DNA from: an uncultured bacterium
Lineage (GTDB): Bacteria; Patescibacteriota; Dojkabacteria; J137
Assembly: GCA_963700155.1 (NCBI GenBank)
Contig: OY969472.1
Span: 744,690-808,689 of the forward strand
Length of the DNA stretch: 64,000 nucleotides
Direction of reading: 5' to 3'
Below the pieces are notes generated by a model. The model was not told the origin of the DNA and did no database searches. It was given only the letters and a program-made list of their open reading frames with translations. This document shows, piece after piece, positions 18,004 to 27,843 of this stretch. Every line of letters starts with the position of its first letter. Positions within the stretch are counted from its first letter, which is position 1. The position numbers were made by a program, and so were the translations under genes.

Positions 18004-18540
18004 TTAATTTATATATTGATATATTTGTTCTAAATTATCAGTAGTAGTGTTATCTGGAATAATTAGATGAATACTATGATAGTAAGGATGGCTTTCATCA
18101 TAAATATCACTTACTGCATAGAGCGGCTTACCAGCTTCATTAACTGAAATTTTATATAATTTACAACCCGCATTTGTAATTTGTTTATTATATTCAATAT
18201 TAAGTTTACCTTCGTAATATCTCTGAACGAATATACTCCAGCTGTATTCATCTATAAGCTCAAGCATTGATACAATATCATCAGAATAATGATTAGCTGA
18301 TATTCCATATTCTGTAATATATTCAGTTCCTTCAATTCTAATATTCATAAATGGGACTGGGACTTCAATTTTTTCGATTTTTAAATTTGAGTATTTATCT
18401 AAGTTTTTATTAAAAACATCATAGAAGTATAGTTTAATTAATTCTATATCACTTTCATAAACAGGATCAGTAGGTTCCTGAGTATGTGAATTCATAATAT
18501 CAATTTTTAACTTAATAAATTTAAAATCATATCTATACAC
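18004..18540 (-). CDS. Hypothetical protein (178 aa)
   Basis: This is an ORF with no recognisable motif. Confidence 0.4.
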   Translation of the reverse strand: MYRYDFKFIKLKIDIMNSHTQEPTDPVYESDIELIKLYFYDVFNKNLDKYSNLKIEKIEVPVPFMNIRIEGTEYITEYGISANHYSDDIVSMLELIDEYSWSIFVQRYYEGKLNIEYNKQITNAGCKLYKISVNEAGKPLYAVSDIYDESHPYYHSIHLIIPDNTTTDNLEQIYQYIN

Positions 18541-19106
18541 TCCTTACCCTCATCATTTTTATACTTGCCTATTTCTTTAAAATCGTTACGCATGTAAAAT
18601 TTAATAGCGTTATAATTATCACTAAATACTCCACCCCATAAGATAATCCTTTGTTGCCCTAACTTTTTAGCAATCTCTTTTATATTTGGGAAAATCATAC
18701 TAGCAAGACCTGTTCCTTGAAATTTATCAGCAACACAAGGTCCAAACCTACAATCTTCTCCATGATGTAATTCAATTCCATAATCTTTGAATCTTTCTAA
18801 ATCGTTTTTAGGAATATCCATGCTGAACTCAAATAACCCAATTACTTCTTCCTTAAAATCAGCAATAAATCTTATCTTGTCATACTTTGCTATATCGTCG
18901 CACATTTGTTGTGCAGTTTTCTGATCAAAAGAGTCGAGTTTGTAAAATTCTCTAGTTGAAGTTGAAAGATTAGTTAGAAACTGAGTAAGTATGTTTACAT
19001 CTTTACTTTCTAAAGGTCGAAGAACAGCATTTTGCCCATCACTTAAAGTTATAGAGAATTGTAAAATATTTGGATTTTGAGATATGTCCTTTATTGAATA
19101 GGCCAT
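18507..19106 (-). CDS. GNAT-family N-acetyltransferase
   Basis: It has motif A FQGTGLASMIF and the C-terminal AIKFYMRNDF. It is 199 aa. Confidence 0.6.
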   Translation of the reverse strand: MAYSIKDISQNPNILQFSITLSDGQNAVLRPLESKDVNILTQFLTNLSTSTREFYKLDSFDQKTAQQMCDDIAKYDKIRFIADFKEEVIGLFEFSMDIPKNDLERFKDYGIELHHGEDCRFGPCVADKFQGTGLASMIFPNIKEIAKKLGQQRIILWGGVFSDNYNAIKFYMRNDFKEIGKYKNDEGKECIDMILNLLS

Positions 19107-19122
19107 TTTTAGAATTTTAAAA

Positions 19123-19207
19123 CGGAGGGAGTGAGATTCGAACTCACGGACCCTTGCGGGTCACTCGTTTTCAAGACGAGCACGATCGGCCACTCTGTCA
19201 TCCCTCC
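19123..19207 (-). tRNA. tRNA-Ser (anticodon TGA), type II with long variable arm; no encoded CCA
   Basis: I folded the cloverleaf by hand. The acceptor is GGAGGGA/TCCCTCC, the anticodon loop is CTTGAAA, the variable arm is TGACCCGCAAGGGTCCG, and the T-loop is TTCGAAT. Confidence 0.8.
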
Positions 19208-19257
19208 TTTGTGCTTATGTATTATACTAAGAAATCGTTGTATCGACTAGATTTTTT

Positions 19258-19686
19258 GTGTTAGAAATAACTATACGTTTAATTTATTATATTTTTATGG
19301 ATAAAATACCTGATAGTTCTGAAGATATCTTAAATGCTCTTCCAATTGAAATTAAAGAAATGATAATGAGTTCAAAAAAACTTAAAAGAATGTTTGTCAA
19401 ACTAAAAGGATTGGAACAAGAAAGAAAAAATCGAGAACAAAACTTGAAATTAATTGAGAAAGAATTTATAAATTTCATTACTAAAAAATTTGATATTGAT
19501 CTGATGCCTAATAAAAGAAGAATAGATTATGAATTTACTATTAAGAGACTTAAAGATATAAACGCTGAAATACAACAACTAATTAATAAAATTAATGTAA
19601 AAATTAATAAATTAAATAAATTAATCTCTACAAAAATAGAAAATAATCGAAATGTTATTGATTTTATAAATACCCTCGAAATCTAG
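19258..19686 (+). CDS. Hypothetical coiled-coil protein (start uncertain, possibly ATG at 19296)
   Basis: It is about 130-142 aa and rich in Lys and Glu. Confidence 0.35.
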   Translation: MLEITIRLIYYIFMDKIPDSSEDILNALPIEIKEMIMSSKKLKRMFVKLKGLEQERKNREQNLKLIEKEFINFITKKFDIDLMPNKRRIDYEFTIKRLKDINAEIQQLINKINVKINKLNKLISTKIENNRNVIDFINTLEI

Positions 19687-19762
19687 CTATATATCCAACG
19701 AACTAAATAAAAATGATATACTAATAAGAAATTAATTTTAAATAGGTTCAATAAGAGCTGAT

Positions 19763-22700
19763 ATGAAAGACTTCAGTACAGACTTAAATAATAGAAAAAG
19801 AACTAAAAGTAGGCTGGATATTGCTAAAGAAAATAGATTAAGAAGAGGCTCAAAATCTTACAAAATAAAGGGCAAAAAGGGTTTGTTTAGAGGAAGAAAA
19901 CTTGGCAAAAGAGTAAAAAAAATATTACTTGTACTACTTCTAGTAATTGTTATAGCTTCAGTTATTGGCGGAGTAAGAGTTCTTGCTTACCTACAGGATT
20001 TAAATGATAACTTACCGACTCCTGATAAAGTTTTCCCTGATCTTCCTGTTGCTAGTGAAATTTATGACAGAAAAGCATTAGAAAGTGATGGTACTGGTAC
20101 TACTCTATATAGAATATTCAATCAATATAACAGCGATCCAGTTGATATTAAACAAGTTCCGGATATTGTAAAATGGTCATTTCTTGCAGCTGAAGATAGT
20201 GATTTTTACACACATGGTGGTTTTGACTTAGTAGCTTTGGTAAGATGTGGATTTGCATATGTTAAAGCTGGAGGAACAGTATCTTGTGGAGGAAGTACAA
20301 TCACACAGCAGTTAGTAAAAATCACTGCTTTAACTAGTGATCCTACTCTTCAAAGGAAAATTGAAGAGCTATTACTCGCTACCAAGGTAGAACAGTTGTA
20401 TGATAAAGACACGATTTTAGAAATGTATTTAAGAGTAGCTCCATTTGGATCAAATATTTATGGAGTAAAGACTGCAGCCAATTTTTACTTTGGAAAAGAA
20501 CCTAAAGATCTTGATTTAGCACAAGCTACTTTATTAGCAGCCATAATACAGGATCCCATAAGGCTTTCTCCTACTCTTTCTCCCGATAAGACTCAAATTT
20601 TTTGTCGATTATCGGATGGTTTAATTATTGATTCAAATAATGTTAATAAAGGAGATGATGGAAAATTTTATGATAGTGGCAATGAAGTAATACAAGCTCC
20701 TAGAGTTAAGTGTAGACAACTCTATATCCTTAACCAAATGGAAGTGAAAATGGATCAGATAAATAATCAGACAAGAATAAATCATAACGATCCTAATCTT
20801 GAGGATGTACTTACTAAAGATGAGATTGATGCTGCTAGGACTGAAAAATTAAAGTACAAAGATCCAGTTTTTGACAAGAAGGCTGGCCATTTTGTAGATT
20901 ATGTCCTTGACGCTCTAACAACTCGAAACTACAATAATGGCCAGCCCTTCACAACTGAAGATCTCCAAAAAGGAGGTTACAAAATCTATACGACATTAGA
21001 CTATGGAATACAACAAGTAGCCGAAAGCTATGCTGCAAAAGCTGTAGATGAGAATAAACAGTTTAATATGAATAATGCAGCTGTAATGACAGTAACTCCA
21101 AGTAATGGTGAAATTATTGCAATGGCTGGTTCAAGGGATTTTTATGGCAAGAGTGAAGGATGTGATAAAGATGGACAGAATTGTAAATTTGATCCTCAGA
21201 CTAATATTTTTAGGACATTACAATCTCCAGGATCTTCGAACAAGCCACTTGGCTTTGAAGTAGCTTATGAGGAAGGCAAATTATTTACAGGAAGTTTACT
21301 TCCAGATATCCCTGTTACAGTAACTGATACAAGTGGTGTTGAATATTCTCCAAAGGATTGGAATGGTGGATTTCTAGGATTAGGCTCAGCAGAATATATG
21401 TTAAGAGAATCAAGAAATTTACCGGCTATAAATGTAATTCAAATGATTGGGGTGAGTAAATATCTTGATACTGCAAGAAAATGGGGATACACAACTTACA
21501 CTGATGATAGTCAATATGGGCTTTCAGTAATACTTGGAGGAGCTGATGTATATCCAGATGAACATGTTCAGGCTTACAGTGTATTTGCCAATAATGGTGA
21601 TCTTGTAAAACTCAATCCTATTTTGAAAATTGTTGATAAAGATGGCAATACTGTTTATGAGGCTAAGCCTGAAAGAGAAAATGTAGCAAAGCCCCAAGGT
21701 GTTTATTTAGTGAATGAATCATTATTGAACTTACATGATTTATCTTGGGATGGAAGAGATGTTGCAGCAAAGACTGGAACTTCAGAAGATAGCAAAGATG
21801 CGTGGACTGTAGAATGGTCACCAGATTTTATCACATTAGCATGGGGTGGAAATAATAATAATGATCCTATGGATCAATATTATGGATATCCTCCTTATGT
21901 AATTATTCCCTGGCTTAAACAATATATGACCGATATTGGTGGAGCCTCTTACTTCTCTGCTAAGACTCAATTTACAAGACCTGGATTTGTTTATCAAGGT
22001 GGAGGTGACTGTAATTCTGATGGTGAATGTTTAGGAATAGAAAAAGGATGGTTAATTCAAGATGTTAACCCACCAAGAGACATAATTAAGAAGAAGTTTT
22101 TAGTATGTAGTGACCAACTTGATAGATTGGCTAGACCAATTGATATTGCAATGGGTAAATCGGTCAAGATGAAATTTACGTATTATAAAATGCCAGTAGC
22201 TGAATGGCAGCACTTTCTAGACGATTATTTGAAAAGCAAAGGAATTTCAAATGTATTCCCTACAGAACCATGTAATATTGACAGAAGCGGTGGTGTAAGT
22301 GGACCATTTTTTAGTTTTACTTCGGTAAGTGGCTCTTCAACTAGTTCAATAAATATAAAAGGTGGAATTTATACTTCTAATTCAGGTGCAAGTATAAGCA
22401 GTTCTACTTTTGTTCTAGATGGTAAAAATATACCTAGTTGTACTCCATCCAATTATGATTCATTTGATATAACGTGTGATATTTCATCTTTAGGGATTCC
22501 GGATAATGGTAAGTATCAATTTTATGCTAATGCTACTGATTCAAAAGGTGTAAATAATAGTTCCTCTACCATATCTGTGGTTATTGGATCTCAAACCACG
22601 GGCAATCTAAGTGTAGATATAGGTTCTCCAATAGGTAATAATTATGCTGTTACTGCACATTTCACAGGATCATATAATTTAGATGGACTGACTTTATATA

Positions 22701-22885
22701 TGATTAAAAATAGTGGCTCAGCAGTGTCCCTGGGCAATATGTCACATGTAGGAAGTAATTATGTTTATGATTGGAATTCTTCAAGTTATGGTTCAGGTAA
22801 ATATAAATTCTACGTTAAGGGAAATATTCAAAGTAGTACAGGTATAGTACAATCAGCAAATAGCTCAGAAATTACAGTACCTTAA
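19763..22885 (+). CDS. ponA: Penicillin-binding protein 1A (bifunctional GT51 transglycosylase / transpeptidase) with ~300-aa C-terminal Ser/Thr-rich extension
   Basis: It has the GT51 motifs EDSDFYTHGG and GGSTITQQL. The transpeptidase SxxK motif reads SPGSSNKPL and the KTG motif reads AAKTGTSED. It is 1040 aa with an N-terminal TM. Confidence 0.85.
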   Translation: MKDFSTDLNNRKRTKSRLDIAKENRLRRGSKSYKIKGKKGLFRGRKLGKRVKKILLVLLLVIVIASVIGGVRVLAYLQDLNDNLPTPDKVFPDLPVASEIYDRKALESDGTGTTLYRIFNQYNSDPVDIKQVPDIVKWSFLAAEDSDFYTHGGFDLVALVRCGFAYVKAGGTVSCGGSTITQQLVKITALTSDPTLQRKIEELLLATKVEQLYDKDTILEMYLRVAPFGSNIYGVKTAANFYFGKEPKDLDLAQATLLAAIIQDPIRLSPTLSPDKTQIFCRLSDGLIIDSNNVNKGDDGKFYDSGNEVIQAPRVKCRQLYILNQMEVKMDQINNQTRINHNDPNLEDVLTKDEIDAARTEKLKYKDPVFDKKAGHFVDYVLDALTTRNYNNGQPFTTEDLQKGGYKIYTTLDYGIQQVAESYAAKAVDENKQFNMNNAAVMTVTPSNGEIIAMAGSRDFYGKSEGCDKDGQNCKFDPQTNIFRTLQSPGSSNKPLGFEVAYEEGKLFTGSLLPDIPVTVTDTSGVEYSPKDWNGGFLGLGSAEYMLRESRNLPAINVIQMIGVSKYLDTARKWGYTTYTDDSQYGLSVILGGADVYPDEHVQAYSVFANNGDLVKLNPILKIVDKDGNTVYEAKPERENVAKPQGVYLVNESLLNLHDLSWDGRDVAAKTGTSEDSKDAWTVEWSPDFITLAWGGNNNNDPMDQYYGYPPYVIIPWLKQYMTDIGGASYFSAKTQFTRPGFVYQGGGDCNSDGECLGIEKGWLIQDVNPPRDIIKKKFLVCSDQLDRLARPIDIAMGKSVKMKFTYYKMPVAEWQHFLDDYLKSKGISNVFPTEPCNIDRSGGVSGPFFSFTSVSGSSTSSINIKGGIYTSNSGASISSSTFVLDGKNIPSCTPSNYDSFDITCDISSLGIPDNGKYQFYANATDSKGVNNSSSTISVVIGSQTTGNLSVDIGSPIGNNYAVTAHFTGSYNLDGLTLYMIKNSGSAVSLGNMSHVGSNYVYDWNSSSYGSGKYKFYVKGNIQSSTGIVQSANSSEITVP

Positions 22886-22931
22886 TTGCGTTTTAATTTT
22901 CACTTAGTGAGTGAATATATTATTGGAAACT

Positions 22932-23273
22932 TTATTTTACCTGTGTTACTAATTGTTTGAAGTGTTCTGGTTGAGATAACGCCATTTCTGCAAGATTTTT
23001 TCTATCGATCCCAATGTTCTTAGCTTTTAAACCACTAATAAATTTGCTGTAACTTAAATCTTCTGTAGAAAGTGCTGCCGATATGGTTTTTATCCATTCA
23101 GTTCTAATCTGGCTTTTTCTATGTTTTCTATGAGCATAGCTGTATTGTCCCGCATGTAAAACTGCTTCTTTTGCTTTTCTATAAAGCTTATGATATGTCA
23201 TTCTATAACCTGAAGCAAGTTTTAGAATTTTTTTATGTCTTCGTGTTTTAGTTGTTCCTCTTTTAATTCTCAT
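22932..23273 (-). CDS. rplT: 50S ribosomal protein L20
   Basis: It begins MRIKRGTTKTRRHKKILKLASGY. Confidence 0.9.
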   Translation of the reverse strand: MRIKRGTTKTRRHKKILKLASGYRMTYHKLYRKAKEAVLHAGQYSYAHRKHRKSQIRTEWIKTISAALSTEDLSYSKFISGLKAKNIGIDRKNLAEMALSQPEHFKQLVTQVK

Positions 23274-23276
23274 TTT

Positions 23277-23489
23277 TTATATTACTAATAATCTTTTAAT
23301 TTTTTTAACTGTACCTTTCGATGTTATCACAAAGTTATCTGGTACAAGCTTTCTTTGTGATTTTCTTTTGCTTTTCAAATGGGCGTTATTCCTATTCTGC
23401 ATATGTTTTCTAATTATTTTACCAGTACCTGTAACTCTAAACCTTTTAGCAGTTCCTTTATGTGTTTTTAATTTATATTTTTTTGCCAT
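23277..23489 (-). CDS. rpmI: 50S ribosomal protein L35
   Basis: It begins MAKKYKLKTHKGTAKRFRVTGTGKI. Confidence 0.9.
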   Translation of the reverse strand: MAKKYKLKTHKGTAKRFRVTGTGKIIRKHMQNRNNAHLKSKRKSQRKLVPDNFVITSKGTVKKIKRLLVI

Positions 23490-23491
23490 TT

Positions 23492-23968
23492 TTATTTATT
23501 TTTTAAAACTACTGATAAATCTCTTCCTTGATTACTTACTTCCCCAACTTCGGAAGAAAATTCTAAATATTTATTTCTTAATTTTTCAAAATTGTCTTGC
23601 ATTTGTTCTTTCGTTGTTTTTCTTTCATGTCTCATCACTATTTTTGCGACTCCTCCCTTCTCAATATGCTTCCTAATTTTCTCAAGTTTAATATTCATTT
23701 CAAAATCTTGAGTGGCTCCTGTAAATCTCCACTCTTTTGTTTCTACAGTTTTGCTTTTATTCTTTCTTAATTTCTTACTTTTTTCGTATTTGAACTTGGA
23801 CCAATCAACAATTCTTGCAACAGGGTTTTCACTATTAGGTGAGACTAAAACCAAATCAAGTTCTTTGTTTCTGGCTACATTAAGAGCTTCATCTCTTGTC
23901 AATTTACCTAAGTTTACTCCCTCTTCGTCGATTACTATTAAATTTGGCAGCCTGATTCTCTCGTTCAC
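23492..23968 (-). CDS. infC: Translation initiation factor IF-3
   Basis: It has IRLPNLIVIDEEGVNLGKLTRDEALNVA...LDLVLVSPNSENPVARIVDW. It sits in the thrS-infC-rpmI-rplT block. Confidence 0.85.
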   Translation of the reverse strand: MNERIRLPNLIVIDEEGVNLGKLTRDEALNVARNKELDLVLVSPNSENPVARIVDWSKFKYEKSKKLRKNKSKTVETKEWRFTGATQDFEMNIKLEKIRKHIEKGGVAKIVMRHERKTTKEQMQDNFEKLRNKYLEFSSEVGEVSNQGRDLSVVLKNK

Positions 23969-24108
23969 ATCATAAATAGGAATTTGAGGCGCTACTTTTT
24001 TTATTTTCCTAATTTTTTTTATAGTTAGACAAACAAATTAATATTTAAAAAATCTTACAATGATAGCAAAAGTATTGATATATCGCAAGATATAAACGCC
24101 AAGATAGG

Positions 24109-25647
24109 TTAAATTTTCATCAAAGATTCTATACTTTTTATTAACTCATTCATGCTAATTAAACCTTGATCAATGTTTTTATGTCTGACAGATACTGAAT
24201 TATTTGCCTGTTCTTTTTCGCCAACAATAATCTGGATTGAAGATTTATTTTGCTCCGCTAAATAAATCTTCCTTTTTAGGCTAATAGACCTAAAATCAAC
24301 ATCTGAAATAATACCATTTTCTTTGAGAGTTTCCTGAACTTTATAAGCATATTCCATATAATTTTTGTTGATTGGGATAATTACTACTTGCTTAGGTGAT
24401 ATCGACTGAGGGATTTCGCCCTTATTATGCTCGAGTATATAAGCAAAGATAGCAAATGAATTCAAAAGATATTCTATTGAGACTGCAATTTTTTTATCAC
24501 TTGTTTGAATATCTTTTTCGAATTTTACCTCAGCTATATTCCATTCCCGATTAAAAATATCAATTGCTTTAAAACTTATAATAGTATCATTAGGATTTTT
24601 AGTTAATACCTTTGAGTGCGAAATCCCTTCTTTTTGTAACAGATTAGATATAACTGAAACTAAAGATGCTTCAGGATCTACATTATAAATATTAGCTTTA
24701 ACATCTATTTTTAATTCTTTTATAATGTCAGTTATATTTTCTATTTCTGAAGTGTGTGATAATTCATCACCTTCAATAAAATATTTCTTAATGAAAACAA
24801 CTCTATGAGTTTCTTTCTCATTCTTATATAGATTTACAGGTAAACTAACTTCGGTTTTATAAGTAATTGGAAACTCTTTTGGACTTCTTAATTTCGACGC
24901 AAAAATCTGATTTATAAATTCTGATAGGTCTTTGGAACTTTCTGAAGAATTAATATAAATTTCTTTCGAGTTAAATGGAAGTAGATATTTAAATATTATT
25001 TTATTAATTGAATTTAGTATTACTGTGCCATTTGTATTCAAGACAACTTTATCTTCTTCAAGTGCTAATCCTAATCCTTGGGTCTTAAGTATTTTTTTAT
25101 AGTTTCTTTCTCCTTCTTCTTCTTTTATTTTAAAGTAATCAGAAAGTTCATTTTTATTATTAAATACAATTCCATATATTCTTTGCATCTTTGGTCTAGA
25201 TGGGTCTTCATTCCAGTGAATATCCTCTATCCTGGTGATTTTTATTGCCCCTACTTCTCCTGTTGAATATGCATGTGGCCCTCGGCAAAGATCAATAAAT
25301 CCATCACCTGTTTTATAAAAACTTATTTCTTGGTCAGGAATGCTCTTTATAAGTTCTGCTTTATAAGTTTGACCTCTTTGAAGCAGGAGATTCATTGCCT
25401 CTTCTCTATTTAGAATAATTTGCTGCATTGGAAGATTCTCTTTAATAATTTTATCTGCCTCCTTCTCTATTCTAGGGAAATCTTTCTCAGTTAATGGTTT
25501 TGTTAAATCTACATCATAGTAGAATCCATCTTTTGTAACTGGCCCAATTCCGAGTTTTACACTTGGTTTAAGGCGTGTTAAAGCAGCAGCAAGTATATGT
25601 GCTCCTGTATGTTTCACTTTGTCAGGTACCGGTGTTATTGTATACAT
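24109..25647 (-). CDS. thrS: Threonyl-tRNA synthetase-like protein (short form; class II catalytic motifs appear degenerate)
   Basis: It holds the canonical thrS position. The N2 domain HTGAHILAAAL and CRGPH...MQRIYG region is conserved, as is the C-terminal class II anticodon-binding domain (QVVIIPI...IIVGEKE...VSVR). The motif 2, motif 3 and Zn-ligand region could not be recognised. Confidence 0.6.
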   Translation of the reverse strand: MYTITPVPDKVKHTGAHILAAALTRLKPSVKLGIGPVTKDGFYYDVDLTKPLTEKDFPRIEKEADKIIKENLPMQQIILNREEAMNLLLQRGQTYKAELIKSIPDQEISFYKTGDGFIDLCRGPHAYSTGEVGAIKITRIEDIHWNEDPSRPKMQRIYGIVFNNKNELSDYFKIKEEEGERNYKKILKTQGLGLALEEDKVVLNTNGTVILNSINKIIFKYLLPFNSKEIYINSSESSKDLSEFINQIFASKLRSPKEFPITYKTEVSLPVNLYKNEKETHRVVFIKKYFIEGDELSHTSEIENITDIIKELKIDVKANIYNVDPEASLVSVISNLLQKEGISHSKVLTKNPNDTIISFKAIDIFNREWNIAEVKFEKDIQTSDKKIAVSIEYLLNSFAIFAYILEHNKGEIPQSISPKQVVIIPINKNYMEYAYKVQETLKENGIISDVDFRSISLKRKIYLAEQNKSSIQIIVGEKEQANNSVSVRHKNIDQGLISMNELIKSIESLMKI

Positions 25648-26063
25648 TTTTCAAGATTGATATAAAGGTAAAATTAATATGTCACTCTAGATTATAAATT
25701 GAATATGGTTTTTATTAAAGTCTTAAGATTTGATAAGTAATATCCTTTTAAAATTGTTCATTTTCTTAATCAGTAAAATAGTTCTATATACTCAAAGTGA
25801 TTATTGGTATGTTATGTTTATGTATCCAAGGAGTATTAAGTTGTTTATCGTAAATGCTATTAAAAATCAATATAGAACATTAAAAATTGATTTTTTAGAT
25901 GTTATTAGTTACAATCATAATAGAGCCTACGCTATCCTCAAAGTTTGGCGACATAGCTAACTCAGGCTCATGTAGGCTTCATGTGAGGTAAAATTCTTGG
26001 GTTTTCTCACTTCCAAGATTGAACTCGCTCTTTAACATATCATTCGTAATTAAATATTGTTTT

Positions 26064-26108
26064 GGTCTCCTCTATTTGTATTTTTTTAAGTATACATAGA
26101 GGAGATCA
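26064..26108 (+). promoter_or_regulatory. 12-bp-stem hairpin (GGTCTCCTCTAT...ATAGAGGAGATC, one G-U) 22 nt upstream of the acquired GT2 gene; RBS GGGAGGG follows
   Basis: I read the inverted repeat directly. It lies at the AT-rich to GC-rich transition. Confidence 0.3.
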
Positions 26109-26129
26109 AAACATTAGGGAGGGAATCCA

Positions 26130-27329
26130 ATGGCAGTAAGACTGATGGAACCCCAAATTCCTTCTCTGAGGGAGTTTGAGGAAGATGAACTTTGGGACTT
26201 GCTCTTCTATGGGCAAGCTCCAAAAAAACCTATAACACCTATCGTAGACTGTATGCTTCCTGCTCATGACGAGGAAGCAAACATCGAGGCAACCGTAGAG
26301 AGTTTGTTTTCACAAACTCTACAACCAAACCGTGTAATTGTTGCTGCAGATAACTGCAGCGACAATACTATCCCGATCCTTGAAAGATTGGTAGATAAAT
26401 ATCGTGGGCGGCTCATTTATTTTGAGACCGTTGATAATTCTGCCAAAAAAGCTGGAGCGCTGAATCAAGCGCTCCAGTACCTTTCACATGAGGCGCAGTA
26501 TGTGCTTCAGATGGATGCAGACACAAAGTTAAGCCCAAACTTGATAGAAGAAGCTATTAAAGAGCTTCGAGCTAATCACAAGTTGGGTGGTGTTTGTTCC
26601 AGGTTCGGAGTATTCCCCTACAAGGGGAAGAATCCATGGCATTGGTTTCTCTGGAAGTTACAGGAAATGGAGTACGCTACAAGCGACTCTAGCCGAGTTG
26701 AAGGCCTTGGGGGTACGAAAGTCCTCTCAGGGGCCGTCGTAGTATTCTGGAGATTTGCTCTTGAGCAAGTGTCGTGGGAACATGGCCTTAGTGAACCAGA
26801 ACAGAAAGATAAGGGAAATGTGTGGTCTGAGAGCACAATTGTCGAAGACTATTCATTGACCCTTGACCTGAAGGAACTTGGATGGAAAGTCCAAGCCGGG
26901 ATGGGCATGATGTCGTGGACCGATACCATGCTGACGTTGTGGGATCTCTGGGATCAGAGGTTCCGCTGGCATTACGGGACTTGGCTCGAGTTGGAGCGAC
27001 GCGGGTGGAATAAGACCACCCGTCACGATATTCTCGAGCTTTGTTTGCATTACTTCATATTGGTGTGCCTTGTGATTTTCTTAGGCACTTTGGTCGCGAT
27101 GGTGATAATTGGGATCCCGATTCAGTTCAACGCGATTGGGCTTTCGGTATTGCTCGTCGCGTGGGCAAATAGGTTGTACCGGTTCTCATATATGAGAGAG
27201 CCAAAATGGTACGATCTATTGATCGCGATCATTTTAATTCCTGAAGAAGTGTATTCTATCTACAGGAATATCAACCTGACCGTGGCTCTTATCCGGAGCT
27301 TGAGGACGAAGTCTCCGCAGAAGTGGTAA
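26130..27329 (+). CDS. Processive family-2 glycosyltransferase (PgaC/NodC/cellulose-synthase-like polysaccharide synthase) in a high-GC acquired segment
   Basis: It has DxD (QMDADTK), the Q(R/Q)xRW motif (DQRFRWHYG), and C-terminal TM helices. It is 399 aa. Local GC is about 50%, against a background of about 30%. Confidence 0.7.
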   Translation: MAVRLMEPQIPSLREFEEDELWDLLFYGQAPKKPITPIVDCMLPAHDEEANIEATVESLFSQTLQPNRVIVAADNCSDNTIPILERLVDKYRGRLIYFETVDNSAKKAGALNQALQYLSHEAQYVLQMDADTKLSPNLIEEAIKELRANHKLGGVCSRFGVFPYKGKNPWHWFLWKLQEMEYATSDSSRVEGLGGTKVLSGAVVVFWRFALEQVSWEHGLSEPEQKDKGNVWSESTIVEDYSLTLDLKELGWKVQAGMGMMSWTDTMLTLWDLWDQRFRWHYGTWLELERRGWNKTTRHDILELCLHYFILVCLVIFLGTLVAMVIIGIPIQFNAIGLSVLLVAWANRLYRFSYMREPKWYDLLIAIILIPEEVYSIYRNINLTVALIRSLRTKSPQKW

Positions 27330-27358
27330 ATGTTCGATAACAGGGAGGTATAACTACC

Positions 27359-27733
27359 ATGAACTACGATCCACCTTTCTTGCCGGTAACCGGAGCAGCT
27401 TTTGCCACTGGTGCTGGCGCATACTTACAATGGACGTGGCCAGTGATCCTGGCTGCGGCTGTTGTGTCGTTTGTAATTCTCGCATTTGGGATGATGCTCT
27501 TGCGACGGAATGAAAGCCGGCTGCTCAAATCCGGTGTCAAGGTTCGTCGCAGTACCCTCCCATACATGATCGGCGGAGTCATCGGCATTGTCGTGGGTAT
27601 CGTCGGCGCGGCGCTTGAATTACCCGCACTTTTCGTGATCCCAGCTATCCTGGTCTCGGTGATCCTCGTCGCGGCGCTGCTTGGGGGCTTTCGCAGCAAT
27701 TTCCCTAAACAGCAGCTCGCCCAAGTCGAATGA
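27359..27733 (+). CDS. Small polytopic membrane protein (124 aa) co-transferred with the GT2 synthase
   Basis: It has several hydrophobic helices and is rich in Gly and Ala. It is GC-rich and is followed by a strong terminator. Confidence 0.5.
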   Translation: MNYDPPFLPVTGAAFATGAGAYLQWTWPVILAAAVVSFVILAFGMMLLRRNESRLLKSGVKVRRSTLPYMIGGVIGIVVGIVGAALELPALFVIPAILVSVILVAALLGGFRSNFPKQQLAQVE

Positions 27734-27743
27734 TGTGTTAGAA

Positions 27744-27773
27744 GGGGGCGGTCCGACGTGTCGGACCGCCCCC
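27744..27773 (+). terminator. GC-rich rho-independent terminator-like hairpin GGGGGCGGTCCGAC..GTCGGACCGCCCCC
   Basis: This is a perfect 14-bp arm (at most 12 bp paired with a real loop). It lies downstream of the 124-aa gene at the GC-to-AT boundary. Confidence 0.6.
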
Positions 27774-27843
27774 TAAAACTTTCTTTTATAAATTCAAAAA
27801 TTTCTACTCTACTATAATCTTGAAATAGGTCGAATATTTTTAT

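Noticed and set aside
25940-26045. tRNA-like stretch (GGCGACATAGCTAACTCAGG...GATTGAACTCGC) at the left edge of the high-GC island, which I examined as a possible tRNA integration site
   Set aside because: I could not fold it into a cloverleaf on either strand. The acceptor and T-arm pairings fail, so there is no tRNA or tRNA fragment there.
26618-27699. Minus-strand ORFs 26618-26836, 26853-27050 and 27364-27699
   Set aside because: They lie antisense inside the high-GC GT2 and membrane-protein genes. GC-rich sequence suppresses stop codons, and the translations are Pro/Arg/Ala-rich junk.
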